DNA of 61,927 nt, counting the filler. It is 8 parts of 8 records of this genome, joined end to end, with 100 filler letters (N's around TTAATTAATTAA, not from the genome) between each part and the next. Parts side by side here need not be neighbours in the genome. Positions count along the whole stretch, not along the records: positions 8,792 to 18,228 come from SRR31147125_1400; positions 18,329 to 30,968 come from SRR31147125_1405; 6 more parts are not named here. One strand, written 5' to 3'. The notes beneath the pieces were generated by a model. The model had not been told where the DNA came from, made no database searches, and saw only the letters and a program-made list of their open reading frames with translations. Of the stretch, positions 14,119 through 25,216 are shown in pieces. Positions within the stretch are counted from its first letter, which is position 1. Each line of letters begins with the position of its first letter. The position numbers and the translations under genes were made by a program.

Positions 14119-16679
14119 ATGAATGAAGAAAACAATCTCACCCTTGGTGCAGGTATTAAAGATTTATCAATAGAAAAAGAGATGAAGGACAGTTATCTGA
14201 CTTACTCGATGAGTGTTATTGTGTCTCGAGCTTTACCTGATGTAAGAGATGGACTTAAACCTGTACATCGTAGAATATTGACTGCAATGAATGATTTGCA
14301 TTTATCATTTAGACATAAACATGTAAAGTGTGCAAAAGTTGTTGGTCAGGTTTTAGGTAATTATCATCCACATGGTGATTCAGCTGTTTATGATGCTATG
14401 GTACGTGTTGCTCAAAGTTTCTCTGTTCGTTATCTTTTGATCGATGGACATGGAAATTTTGGTTCAATTGATGGTGACAGAGCAGCGGCATATCGTTATA
14501 CAGAATGTAGAATGCAGAAATTGTGTGATGATCTGCTTGCCGATTTAGATAAAGATACTGTTGATTTTGTAGATAATTTTGATGGTACAGCTACTGAACC
14601 GACAGTATTGCCTGGTAAATTACCATTGTTGCTATTGAATGGTGCAACAGGTATTGCTGTTGGTATGGCAACAAATATGGCACCACATAATCTGAGTGAG
14701 GTATGTGGTGGGGTTATGGAATTGATAGATAATCCTGATGCCGGTGTTAAAGAATTAATGCAGCACATCAAAGTACGGATTTTCCTACAGGTGGTCTGAT
14801 ATGTGGTAGAGAAGGAATTATAAAAGCATATGAGAGTGGTCGTGGTCGTGTGCAGATGCGTGCTAAATGCCATATTGAAACACAGAAAAATGGCAGACAG
14901 TCTATTGTTGTTACAGAAATTCCATATCAGGTTAATAAACTCAATATTATTGAAAAGATAGCAACAGTTGTAAAAGAAAGTAGAGTAAAAGGAATCTCAA
15001 CAATCGAGGATTATACTAATAAAGATGGTATAAGACTTGTAATTGATTTGAAAATGGGTGAAGATGCCAATGTTGTTTTAAATCAGTTATATAAAATGAC
15101 ACCTTTGGATTCAGGTTTCTCAATCAATAATATTGCTCTTGTTAATGGTCGTCCAGAAACATTGACTCTCAAACAGATGCTTCAATACTATATAGATCAT
15201 AGAGTAGATATTATTACCAGACGTACAAGATATTTACTTGATAAAGCAGAAGCAAGAGCGCACATTGTTTCAGGGTTATTAATAGCTCTTGATCATATTG
15301 ATAGAGTAATTGAAATAATTAGAGGATCTGAAACAGCAGATGAGGCAAAAGCAGGACTTATCAAAGAGTTTAAATTATCAGATATTCAGGCACATCATAT
15401 TCTTGAAATGCGTCTACGTAGACTTACTGGTCTACAGCGTCAGGAACTAGAAAATGAATATGCAGAATTGATGGAGAAAATAAAAGAGTATAAAGCAATT
15501 CTTGGAGATAAGCAGTTAGTATTGAATATAGTTAAAGAAGATTGCCAGGAAATGATAGATAAACATGGCGATGAAAGAAGAAGTGAGATTGTTGCAGCTA
15601 CAGAAGACATAAGTATTGAAGATATGATTGCAGATGAAGAGATGGTTGTAGTAATTTCTCATGATGGTTATATCAAGAGAATGCCAATAGATACTTATAG
15701 AAAACAAGGTCGTGGCGGTAAGGGAGTTACTGGAGCTGGTAATATGAAAGAAGGTGATTTTATCGAACACCTCTTTATTGGTTCTACTCATGACTATATA
15801 TTGTTCTTTACTTCAATTGGTAAGGTTTATTGGTTAAAGATTTATGATGTTCCACAGATGGGAAGAGCAGCAAAAGGACGAGCGATTGTAAATGTTTTAG
15901 AGCTAGAAAAGAATGAAACAATTCAGACCTGTATACCAGTACGAGAATTTGATGATGAGCATTATCTATTACTTGCAACTAAAAAAGGTATAGTTAAAAA
16001 GACAGTTCTTTCGGCTTATAAGCGACCAATGAAGACAGGCATTAAAGCAATTAATTTACGTGATGATGATGAGCTATTTGGAGCAGCAATAACAAATGGT
16101 GATAATAAATTAATGCTGGCAAGTAAGAATGGTATGGCTTGTCACTTCAGTGAAAAAGATGTTCGCCCAATGGGTAGAGTAGCTGGTGGTGTTACAGGAA
16201 TGAAACTTGGTGATGACGATGAATGTGTAGGTTTGATGCTGGTTAGTTCTGATTCAACCGTTATTACTATCGCAGAAAAAGGATTAGGTAAGCGCAGTTC
16301 ATTTGATGACTATAGACTTACAAAACGTGGGGCTAAAGGTGTTACTAATATGAAAATTACAGATAAGACAGGTAAAGTTGTTTCCTGTATGTCTGTATCT
16401 GAAGAAGATGAATTGATGTTGATTACTACTGGTGGAATGGTAGTAAGAACAGCGGTAAATGGCTGTAGAGTTATTGGTAGAGCGACACAGGGTGTAAAAG
16501 TTATCGGTCTTAATAATAAAGATAAAGTAGCAATGGTAGCAAAAGTAGCAGAAGAAGAGAAAGAAGAAAATATAGATAATGAACCTGAATTAGATCAGAC
16601 AGTTCCTGATGAAGCTTTGAAAGAAATGCTTGATAGAGCAGACGAACAGGCAGAAGAAGAGAATAACTCAGATAATTAA
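14119..16679 (+). CDS. gyrA: DNA gyrase subunit A, frameshift near 14773
   Basis: [33 protein letters not shown], GyrA-box QGRGGKG; the two ORFs join across the conserved (G)PDFPTGG motif. Confidence 0.97.
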
Positions 16680-16705
16680 AAGTATAGTAAAAGGAAAATA
16701 TATAA

Positions 16706-17940
16706 ATGTCTTTGCCACGAATTGTTATTACAGGGATAGGACTTACTGCTCCTATCGGTAATAATATTGAAGAACTGAGAGAAAATTTACTTGAAGGTAA
16801 AAGTAACGTAATAGAAAAAGAATTACGTTATATAGGTAATGTGCCAATGGGTAAATGTAATTTTAAAGTAACTAAATATCAAAATCGTAAAGAAGCACGT
16901 AGAGGTACAAGAGCGGGATCTATCGGAATATATTGCGCTCATGAAGCATTGAAAAATGCAGGTATTGATATAGAGAAAACAGGTAAAGATAATTTTGGTG
17001 TTTATATTGGAATTACTGAACACGGTACTGTTGAAACAGAAAATGAAATTGCAAGTATTAAAGAATTTGATTATGATGTTAAATATTGGACTCATCATCA
17101 TAATCCAAGAACAGTAGCAAATAATCCAGCAGGAGAAGTTTGCCTGAATCTTGGTCTTATTGGCCTCATTGTACAATAGGTGCTGCATGTGCTGCAGGTA
17201 ATTATGGTATTATCTATGCAGCTCAACAATTGATGCTAGGTGAATGTGATGTAGCATTGTGTGGCGGAATTTCTGAATCAACAGAATCATTTGGTATATT
17301 TGCAGGTTTTAAAAGCCAGAACTCATTAGCAGAAAATAAAGATCCTAATAAAGCTAGCCGACCATTTGATAAGAATAGAAATGGTATAGTAGTTTCAGAA
17401 GGCGGAGCGTTATATGTACTTGAAAGATTAGAAGATGCTCAGGCTAGAGGAGCTGAGATTATTTGTGAGATTGCTGGTTGGGGAGTTAATACAGATGCAA
17501 CAGATTTTGTGTTACCTAATCCTGAAAGACAGGCTCAATGTATTAGAAAGGCTTTGAAAAAAGCAAATATTGAAAGTTCAGAAATTGATCTGGTAAACAC
17601 ACATGCTACAAGTACATATGAAGGTGACATAAGAGAAATTGCAGCAATAAAAGAAGTATTTGGAGAAACACCAAGCTGCTATATAAATAATTCTAAAAGT
17701 TTCTGGGGTCATGCTATGGGAGCAGCCGGAGCTCTGGAGCTTGCAGGTAATATTCCAGCTTTTAAAGATAATCTTATTCATCCTACAATCAATATTGATG
17801 AATTAGATCCTTTATGTGAAACAGGTGGAAAAATAGTAATTGATAAACCAATAGAAAAAGATAATATACAATATATATTAAATAATTCTTTTGGAATGCT
17901 TGGTATTAATGCCGTTTTGATAGTAAAAAAATATATATAA
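16706..17940 (+). CDS. fabF: Beta-ketoacyl-ACP synthase (FabF-like), frameshift near 17163
   Basis: RIVITGIG; catalytic Cys in GAACAAG; ASRPFD; NTHATST; SFWGHAMGAAG; NSFGMLG. Confidence 0.88.
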
Positions 17941-17955
17941 CAATAAGGAGTAGAT

Positions 17956-18198
17956 ATGACAGAGAATGAAGTTAGAGATATTGTAATTGAAATTATTGAA
18001 GATATAGCACCAGACGAAGATTATGAAAATCTTGTTGATAGTGAACCACTACGTGATCAACTTGGACTTGATTCAATGGATTTTCTTGACATTGTTATGG
18101 AACTGCGTAAACAACATAAAATAGAAGTTCCAGAAGCAGACTACCCAGAACTTGCCAGTATGGAAAGTACAGTAAAATATCTTTTACCTAAATTTTAA
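17956..18198 (+). CDS. Acyl carrier protein
   Basis: LGLDSMDFLDIVMEL phosphopantetheine site; RBS AAGGAG. Confidence 0.92.
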   Translation: MTENEVRDIVIEIIEDIAPDEDYENLVDSEPLRDQLGLDSMDFLDIVMELRKQHKIEVPEADYPELASMESTVKYLLPKF

Positions 18199-18228
18199 TA
18201 CTTTTGAGTAAGCCTGTAATGAAAAAAA

Positions 18229-18328
18229 NNNNNNNNNNNNNNNNNNNNNNNNNNNNNNNNNNNNNNNNNNNNTTAATTAATTAANNNNNNNNNNNNNNNN
18301 NNNNNNNNNNNNNNNNNNNNNNNNNNNN
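18229..18328. other. Artificial contig spacer
   Basis: N44-TTAATTAATTAA-N44. Confidence 0.99.
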
Positions 18329-18329
18329 A

Positions 18330-19304
18330 CTTAGAATGATTGCAGGTCTTGAAGAAATTACAACAGGTGAATTGTTTATTGATGAAGAATTAGTTAATGA
18401 TAAAGCACCTAAAGATAGAAATATCGCAATGGTGTTCCAATCATATGCGCTATATCCTCATATGACTGTATTTGACAATATGGCTTTTGGATTAAAATTA
18501 AGAAAAATGCCAAAAGATGTAATTAAAGAAAAAGTTGAAAATGCAGCTGAAATCTTAGGTTTAACACCTTATTTAAATAGAAAACCTAAAGCTTTATCAG
18601 GTGGTCAAAGACAACGTGTTGCATTAGGTCGTGCGATCGTACGTGATGCAAAAGTATTCTTACTTGATGAACCACTTTCAAACTTAGATGCTAAACTACG
18701 TGTTCAAATGCGTGGGGAACTTATTAAATTACATAATACTCTAGCAACAACTATGATTTATGTAACACATGATCAAATTGAAGCCATGACTATGGCAACT
18801 AGAATTGTTGTTATGAAAGATGGATATATTATGCAAGTAGGATCACCTAAAGAAATCTATGATAAACCTGAAAATATGTTTGTTGCAGGATTCATCGGTA
18901 CACCTCCAATGAACTTCATTCATGGTGTTGTAGGTAAAGATGGTGTATTTAAAGCTGGTAAATATACTATTAAAATTCCAGAAGATAAATTAGAGTTTGT
19001 TAAACAAAATAAATTTTATGATAAACCAATTGTTTTAGGTATTAGACCAGAAGATATTCATGATGATGAAATCGTGATGAATGCTTATCCAGAAGCTATT
19101 CTACAATTTGAAGTAGATGTTGCAGAATTATTAGGATCAGAGACTAATATTTATACTCACGTTAATGAAGATAATATTTGTGCAGTGATTAATGCGAGAG
19201 CAGATGTTAGAATTGGTGACAAATTAAAATTAGGATTTGATATGAATAAAGTTCATTTCTTTGATCCTGAAACTGAAGCAGTTTTAAAAATTAAAAAAGA
19301 CTAA
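18330..19304 (+). CDS. msmX: Sugar ABC transporter ATPase (MsmX/UgpC/MalK family), 5'-partial
   Basis: LRMIAGLE, VFQSYALYPHM, LSGGQRQRVALGR, LLDEPLSNLDAKLR, TOBE C-terminus. Confidence 0.9.
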   Translation, partial: LRMIAGLEEITTGELFIDEELVNDKAPKDRNIAMVFQSYALYPHMTVFDNMAFGLKLRKMPKDVIKEKVENAAEILGLTPYLNRKPKALSGGQRQRVALGRAIVRDAKVFLLDEPLSNLDAKLRVQMRGELIKLHNTLATTMIYVTHDQIEAMTMATRIVVMKDGYIMQVGSPKEIYDKPENMFVAGFIGTPPMNFIHGVVGKDGVFKAGKYTIKIPEDKLEFVKQNKFYDKPIVLGIRPEDIHDDEIVMNAYPEAILQFEVDVAELLGSETNIYTHVNEDNICAVINARADVRIGDKLKLGFDMNKVHFFDPETEAVLKIKKD

Positions 19305-19307
19305 ATG

Positions 19308-19334
19308 AAAAAGGCTAATTTTAGCCTTTTTTTT
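19308..19334 (+). terminator. Rho-independent terminator
   Basis: AAAAAGGCTAA-TT-TTAGCCTTTTTTTT. Confidence 0.8.
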
Positions 19335-19339
19335 ATATA

Positions 19340-19756
19340 ATGATGATCGAATATATCATTCATGAAAAGCTGCACACAATTATTTATAAAACTCAAGGAA
19401 AAATAAGCATCAATAAATCTATGCAATCAGTCATTAATGAACTCTGTGAAAATCATTTAACAAGTTTTAAAGGATATTTAAAAGCTGTTCACAAAAAGCT
19501 CGGTTCACACTATAAAAACCCCCTATATTTAAGTCAAAGTCTTCAACTTATACCTACTCAATCATATAAAGCATATGAAAACGTATGGATTAATAAAGTT
19601 TGTATTGAAGAACTAAAAAGTATTAATAAACAGACATTAATCATATTTTATAGTGGTCACCAATTAAAAATAGATAAAGATATAAATTATATGAAAAATC
19701 AGATGAAACGACTAGAAAAAATTATAAAGTTCTCAAGTAAACATTTTCATTTTTAA
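19340..19756 (+). CDS. comK: ComK-family protein
   Basis: TSFKGYLKAV..YKNPLYL..LIPTQS..ENVWIN..TLIIFYSG resembles the ComK pattern KxP..FPTxS..CxWI..F.N. Confidence 0.65.
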   Translation: MMIEYIIHEKLHTIIYKTQGKISINKSMQSVINELCENHLTSFKGYLKAVHKKLGSHYKNPLYLSQSLQLIPTQSYKAYENVWINKVCIEELKSINKQTLIIFYSGHQLKIDKDINYMKNQMKRLEKIIKFSSKHFHF

Positions 19757-19833
19757 TAATATAGAAAATGCTATAGAATAATGATATAATATAGGCGGTA
19801 AACTTACGATATACATATATAGGAGGTATCTAA

Positions 19834-21030
19834 ATGGCAAAGAAAACTGTCAGAGATATAGATATTAAAGGAAAAAAAGTTTTAGTACGCGTTGATTTTA
19901 ATGTACCGTTAAAAGATGGAAAAATTAGTGATGAGAACAGAATCGTTCAAGCACTACCAACCATTAACTACATTATCGAACAAGGTGGTAAAGCAATACT
20001 ATGCTCACATTTAGGGAGAATTAAAGAACAAAGTGATTTAGCATCAAAAAGCTTAAGCGTTGTTGCAAAACGTTTATCAGAATTACTTAATCAACCAGTT
20101 AATTTTATTCCTGAAACAAGAGGCGAAAAATTAGAATCTGCAATTGAAGCATTAAATGATGGTGAAGTTTTAATGTTTGAAAACACAAGATTCGAAGACT
20201 TAGATGGCAAAAAGGAAAGTAAAAATGATCCTGAATTAGGGAAATATTGGGCTTCATTAGGTGATGTATTTGTTATTGATGCATTTGGTACTGCACATCG
20301 TGCACATGCTTCAAATGTTGGGATATCAAATCATATGGAAACAACAGTTGCTGGTTTCTTATTAGAAAAAGAAATTAATTTTATTGGGGGCACACTTGAA
20401 GAACCACAAAGACCGTTTGTTGCGATTTTAGGTGGTGCAAAAGTTTCTGATAAAATCGAAGTAATTAAAAACTTACTTAAAATTGCTGATCGCGTACTCA
20501 TTGGTGGCGGTATGGCATATACATTCTTTAAAGCTCAAGGCTACGAAATTGGTAAGAGTTTATTAGAAGAAGATAAAGTTGAATTAGCTAAAGAATTGCT
20601 AGAACTTGCTGATGGTAAAATTTGCTTAGGTGATGATGTCATCACAGCAAAATCATTTGATCCTGAAAGCGAAAAAAATGTAAGAAGTATCGAAGATATA
20701 CCTGCTGATGAAATGGGTATGGATATTGGACCTCGTACAATTGCAGCTTTTGAAAAAGATATCAAATCAGCAAAAACAGTCGTGTGGAATGGACCACTTG
20801 GTGTATTTGAATTCCCAAGATTTGCCGATGGTACTAAGAGTGTTGCACAAGCTTTAGTAGAAATTAAAGACCATGCAACAACAATCATCGGTGGTGGTGA
20901 TTCAGCAGCAGCTGTCATTCAATTTGGATTGGCTGATGGATTTACACACATTTCAACTGGCGGTGGTGCCTCACTAGAATATCTAGAAGGTAAAGTATTA
21001 CCTGGCATCGCATGCGTTGATGATAAATGA
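19834..21030 (+). CDS. pgk: Phosphoglycerate kinase
   Basis: [50 protein letters not shown]; extended -10 TGATATAAT at 19782-19790. Confidence 0.98.
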   Translation: MAKKTVRDIDIKGKKVLVRVDFNVPLKDGKISDENRIVQALPTINYIIEQGGKAILCSHLGRIKEQSDLASKSLSVVAKRLSELLNQPVNFIPETRGEKLESAIEALNDGEVLMFENTRFEDLDGKKESKNDPELGKYWASLGDVFVIDAFGTAHRAHASNVGISNHMETTVAGFLLEKEINFIGGTLEEPQRPFVAILGGAKVSDKIEVIKNLLKIADRVLIGGGMAYTFFKAQGYEIGKSLLEEDKVELAKELLELADGKICLGDDVITAKSFDPESEKNVRSIEDIPADEMGMDIGPRTIAAFEKDIKSAKTVVWNGPLGVFEFPRFADGTKSVAQALVEIKDHATTIIGGGDSAAAVIQFGLADGFTHISTGGGASLEYLEGKVLPGIACVDDK

Positions 21031-21569
21031 TTGACATTGGTAAAAAAATAAGAGCACTTCGCTTAGGGAATAATTTAACCCAAGAAGAACTCGCCAATAG
21101 ACTTGAATTAACCAAAGGTTATATTTCACAACTAGAAAATAACTTGACATCACCATCCATTCAGACACTATTTTCAATACTAGAAGTACTTGGTACTGAT
21201 GTCCATCAATTCTTTAGTTTAGAAACAGAACAAACTGTTGTGTTTAAAAAAGAAGACTTCTATGAAAAAGAAAATGATCAATTAAAGCATATGATTAGTT
21301 GGATTGTTCCCAATGCATTAAAATATGAAATGGAACCCATTATCATTGATATTGAACCTGGCGGTCAATCTGAAATTGATGATCCTCATCCGGGGGAAGA
21401 GTTTGGTTATGTTTTAGAAGGACAGGTTGTCCTTGTATTAAATAAAAAAAGACATGTGATTCGTAAAGGTGAAACATTTTATTATTTAGCAAACAAAGAA
21501 CACTATTTAATCAATCAATCACATCAACATGCAAAAATATTGTGGATCAGTACACCACCAATGTTTTAA
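21027..21569 (+). CDS. XRE-family HTH regulator with cupin domain (PuuR-like)
   Basis: [28 protein letters not shown]; cupin [20 protein letters not shown]. Confidence 0.9.
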   Translation: MIDIGKKIRALRLGNNLTQEELANRLELTKGYISQLENNLTSPSIQTLFSILEVLGTDVHQFFSLETEQTVVFKKEDFYEKENDQLKHMISWIVPNALKYEMEPIIIDIEPGGQSEIDDPHPGEEFGYVLEGQVVLVLNKKRHVIRKGETFYYLANKEHYLINQSHQHAKILWISTPPMF

Positions 21570-21586
21570 AAAAGGAGCTTAAAATT

Positions 21587-21832
21587 ATGGAAAAAGAAAT
21601 TACAATCAAAAGTACTGCAGGCTTACATGCTGCATTAGCAGCTAAAGTTGTGCAAACAGCATCTAAATATGCTGTAGATATTGAATTACATTATGCCGAT
21701 AAAATTGTTGACTTAAAGTCAATCTTAGCACTTATGTCTCTCGCAGTGCCTCACGGTGAAAATGTTAAAATTGTCGCAAAAGGATCAAGAGCAGAAGAAG
21801 CAATTAAAGATGTTTCTTCAATCTTAGGATAA
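21587..21832 (+). CDS. HPr-family phosphocarrier protein (atypical active site)
   Basis: RBS AAGGAG; GLHAALAAKVV and VDLKSILALMSL. Confidence 0.85.
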   Translation: MEKEITIKSTAGLHAALAAKVVQTASKYAVDIELHYADKIVDLKSILALMSLAVPHGENVKIVAKGSRAEEAIKDVSSILG

Positions 21833-21834
21833 TT

Positions 21835-22596
21835 ATGAAAAGAATACCTGTAATCGCTGGTAACTGGAAGATGCATAAGACTAAAGATGATGCGATCGCT
21901 TTTATCTATGCAGTCAACCAAGCATTACCTGAAAGCGAAAAAGTGGAAACAGTAATCTGTGCACCTGCTATTTTCTTGAGAGACTTAGTGAAACGTGAAG
22001 GTGAAAATTTAGCTATCGGCGCACAAAATATGCATTATTTAGAAAAAGGTGCATATACTGGTGAGATTTCAGCAGAAATGTTAAAATCTTATGGTGTTAA
22101 ATATGTTGTTGTTGGGCATAGTGAAAGAAGAGCATATTATAACGAAACTGATGAAACTGTGAATTTAAAATTACAAAAAGCAGTTGATTCAGAAATTACA
22201 CCAATTGTATGTGTTGGTGAATCATTAGATATTAGAGAAGCCGGCACAACAGATGCATTTGTAAAAGCACAAGTAGAAGGTGCTTATAAAAATGTATCAA
22301 GTGATGATGCTTTAAAAACTATTTTAGCTTATGAACCTATTTGGGCAATCGGAACTGGTAAAACAGCAACACCTGAACAAGCAAATGACACAATTAAAGC
22401 TATTCGTGGTGTATTAGCTGGTTTATATGGACAAGAAGTTGCTGATCAATTAAGAATTTTATATGGTGGATCAGTTAAACCTGCAAATGTTGATGAGTTA
22501 CTTGCAACATCTGATATTGATGGGGCACTTATTGGTGGGGCATCTCTTGAAGCTCAATCATTCTTAACACTTGCAAAAGTAGCAGAAAATAAATAA
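21835..22596 (+). CDS. tpiA: Triosephosphate isomerase
   Basis: AGNWKM, GHSERR, AYEPIWAIGTG, YGGSV, IGGASL. Confidence 0.98.
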   Translation: MKRIPVIAGNWKMHKTKDDAIAFIYAVNQALPESEKVETVICAPAIFLRDLVKREGENLAIGAQNMHYLEKGAYTGEISAEMLKSYGVKYVVVGHSERRAYYNETDETVNLKLQKAVDSEITPIVCVGESLDIREAGTTDAFVKAQVEGAYKNVSSDDALKTILAYEPIWAIGTGKTATPEQANDTIKAIRGVLAGLYGQEVADQLRILYGGSVKPANVDELLATSDIDGALIGGASLEAQSFLTLAKVAENK

Positions 22597-22602
22597 TATG
22601 AT

Positions 22603-22663
22603 AAAAAGCTCAAAAATTTGAGCTTTTTTTAGCACAAAAAAAGACCAATTAGATTGGTCTTTT
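22603..22663. terminator. Two tandem terminator hairpins between convergent tpiA and rpsD
   Basis: AAAAAGCTCA..TGAGCTTTTTTT (22603-22630) and AAAAAAAGACCAAT..ATTGGTCTTTT (22636-22663). Confidence 0.8.
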
Positions 22664-22672
22664 ATGTTTTAA

Positions 22673-23272
22673 TTATCTGTTGTAGAACTCAACGATTAAT
22701 TGTTCGTTAACTTCTTGTAAGACTTCGTTTCTGTTTGGTACTCTTACGAATGTACCAACGCCAGTGTCTTTATTAAACTCAACAAATTCAACTGATGAAA
22801 ATTGTGCTTCTAAAGCTTCTGCAACAATTTTTAATCCTTTTGATTTTTCTCTAAGTTCAATTTTTTGTCCTGGTGTTAAACGATAAGATGGAATATCTAC
22901 TTTTGAACCATCGACTAAAATGTGTCCATGATTAACTAATTGTCTTGCTTGAGCTCTTGATCTAGCTAAACCTAGACGGTATACGACATTATCTAATCTT
23001 GATTCTAAGAATTTGATAAAGTTTTCACCATGAACACCATTAAGACGTCCTGCTTCATTAAAGATTTTTCTAAATTGTTTTTCAGAAACACCATAAGTAA
23101 ATCTTACTTTTTGTTTTTCTTGAAGCTGTAGACCGTAATCACTTAATTTCGTACGACGTTTACCATGTTGCCCTGGAGCGTATGGACGTTTCTTTAATTC
23201 TTTTCCTGTTTCAGAAATTGAATAACCTAAACGACGTGAGATTTTCCAAGTTGATCCTGTATAACGTGACAT
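22673..23272 (-). CDS. rpsD: 30S ribosomal protein S4
   Basis: [52 protein letters not shown]. Confidence 0.98.
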   Translation of the reverse strand: MSRYTGSTWKISRRLGYSISETGKELKKRPYAPGQHGKRRTKLSDYGLQLQEKQKVRFTYGVSEKQFRKIFNEAGRLNGVHGENFIKFLESRLDNVVYRLGLARSRAQARQLVNHGHILVDGSKVDIPSYRLTPGQKIELREKSKGLKIVAEALEAQFSSVEFVEFNKDTGVGTFVRVPNRNEVLQEVNEQLIVEFYNR

Positions 23273-23298
23273 AATTTTTACCTCCTTTAAGATTTGGT

Positions 23299-23425
23299 GG
23301 TAAAAATACAAGTTCTCTCACCAAAGCTAATCCCGATGTTCTTTTCACCTTAAAGCAGAAAGGTTACTAAGGGCTCCTTAAGAGTAGGGATATCTACCTT
23401 GTAGAAAATTTGCCTGCTTTTTACC
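23299..23425 (-). ncRNA. S4 autoregulatory mRNA leader (Bacillus rpsD-leader-like)
   Basis: Minus-strand 5' UTR closed by GGTAAAAA/TTTTTACC pairing; contains GCAG..GTAACC..CTGC..GGTGAA..ACA, as in Firmicute S4 leaders. Confidence 0.65.
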
Positions 23426-23435
23426 GACGCAATAT

Positions 23436-23464
23436 ATTTTACCTTACGACTTCATAAAAGTCAA
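23436..23464 (-). promoter_or_regulatory. Sigma-70/A promoter of rpsD
   Basis: TTGACT-17 nt-TAAAAT on the minus strand. Confidence 0.75.
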
Positions 23465-23902
23465 TTGTTTTATGATGATTTGTGTAAAGTCTTTTAAAAA
23501 GTTAATTAATGGTTCATCAAATCTATTTAAAACAGGACTATCAGTGTCTAAAACGCCGTATAAGGCGTGATTGATGTAAATTGGCACAACGACTTCACTG
23601 CGACTGTTTGGGTCGCATGCGATGTGATTCGTGTGACTGAGTACATCGGCGACATAAAGAGTTTTGTTTTCTTTAGCTGCCTGTCCACAAACACCGCTAC
23701 CTAATTCAATTTTTGCACATGCAACTCTTCCTTGAAAAGGTCCAACTGTTAAATGATCACCATTATATAAATAAAAACCAATCCAGTTCATTTGATCAAG
23801 TATTTCATTTAAAAATGCGGATGCATTCGCTAAAAGTGAAATCTCTGATGGTTGTGTTTCTAGTAAAGCTTTTCCTGATTGCAATAATTCTTCATAATTC
23901 AT
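23444..23902 (-). CDS. msrC: GAF-domain free methionine-R-sulfoxide reductase (MsrC/YtsP)
   Basis: LANASAFL, NWIGFYL, GPFQGRVAC, GVCG, HIACD..SRSEVVVP. Confidence 0.9.
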   Translation of the reverse strand: MNYEELLQSGKALLETQPSEISLLANASAFLNEILDQMNWIGFYLYNGDHLTVGPFQGRVACAKIELGSGVCGQAAKENKTLYVADVLSHTNHIACDPNSRSEVVVPIYINHALYGVLDTDSPVLNRFDEPLINFLKDFTQIIIKQLTFMKS

Positions 23903-23956
23903 ATCTATCACCTACTATATTATAGCATATATGGTAAAATAATATACGGTGATAAA

Positions 23957-25216
23957 ATTGAGAAAAAAATATTAATACGTTTCGGAGACTTAATGCTTAA
24001 AGGTAAAAACATTAGATTTTTTATTAAAGCTGTGAGAAGTCATGTCCGATCAAATTTAAAAGCATTTAACATCGATTATGAAATGACACATGATCGTATA
24101 TACATCAATTATGATGAAAAAGATGAGCAAGATATCATTAAACAATTATCAAAAGTACAAGGTATATTTTCTATTAGTGTTATCTATAATGCGAAACCTG
24201 ACTTAGATGATATCGTAAGGGTTTCAGTGATGGTTTTAGATAAATATTTATCTAAAAAAGATATATCTTTGAAAATTGATACAAAACGTGCGGATAAAAA
24301 TTTCCCGCTTGAAAGTTTAGAAGTCACAAAACTGATTGCACCTAGAATTTTAAGTCAAATGAAACAAGATGTTTTAGTTGATGTTAGACATCCAGATCAA
24401 GTGCTTCATATTGAAATTAGACGTGATCAAACATTTATTTATTTAAATCAAATACCGATGATGGGTGGCTATCCATATGGTGTTGCAGGCAAAGGGCTTA
24501 TGATGATGAGTGGAGGACTTGATTCTCCAGTTGCTGCTTATTTAGCGATGAAACAGGGTATAGAAGTAGAACTCATTCATTTCGAATCTACACCACTTAC
24601 ACCGTTAGAATCAGTGCAAAAAGTCATTGATTTAGCCAAAGAACTTGCTAGTTTCACGCCTAAGAAAAAAATAAAATGTCATATGATACCATTTGTTGAT
24701 ATGCATAAAGCATTGTTAAAAGAAGTCTATGATCCGTATGTGATTACGATCATGCGTCGTATGATGTATCGTATTGGTGAAAAAGTTGCAGAGCAAGAAA
24801 GCAACTTATGTTTAATTAATGGTGAATCTGTGGGGCAAGTTGCTAGTCAAACTTTAGAAAGTATACGTGTCGTTGAGCATGTTACACGTATACCAATTCT
24901 TCGACCACTTGCAACATATGATAAAATAGATATTATAAAAATGGCGAAAAAGTTAAACACATATGAAATATCTATTCGACCATTTAATGATTGTTGTAGT
25001 ATATATGTACCCAAAAATCCAATTACTAAACCTAAAATTCACACATCAGAAAGACATGAAGAGTTTATTGATCAAACATTAATTGAAGAAGCAATTAAAC
25101 ATATGATAACGATAGAAGTCACACCTGATTTAGATTTGAAGATATATGAACATGGCTTCAGTGTTAGTGAAGCATATCAAAATTATTTAAATGAAAGAAG
25201 CGAACATGTTGATTGA
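23957..25216 (+). CDS. thiI: tRNA 4-thiouridine synthase ThiI
   Basis: (I)EKKILIRFGDLMLKGKN, THUMP domain, SGGLDSPVA, GESVGQVASQT, DCC. Exact start uncertain (23957-23993). Confidence 0.95.
   Translation: MEKKILIRFGDLMLKGKNIRFFIKAVRSHVRSNLKAFNIDYEMTHDRIYINYDEKDEQDIIKQLSKVQGIFSISVIYNAKPDLDDIVRVSVMVLDKYLSKKDISLKIDTKRADKNFPLESLEVTKLIAPRILSQMKQDVLVDVRHPDQVLHIEIRRDQTFIYLNQIPMMGGYPYGVAGKGLMMMSGGLDSPVAAYLAMKQGIEVELIHFESTPLTPLESVQKVIDLAKELASFTPKKKIKCHMIPFVDMHKALLKEVYDPYVITIMRRMMYRIGEKVAEQESNLCLINGESVGQVASQTLESIRVVEHVTRIPILRPLATYDKIDIIKMAKKLNTYEISIRPFNDCCSIYVPKNPITKPKIHTSERHEEFIDQTLIEEAIKHMITIEVTPDLDLKIYEHGFSVSEAYQNYLNERSEHVD

Noticed and set aside
14119-17940. Split gyrA, fabF and dnaN as programmed frameshifts or pseudogenes
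   Set aside because: These genes have otherwise intact motifs (gyrA and dnaN are essential); similar indels occur across unrelated contigs, so sequencing error is more likely.
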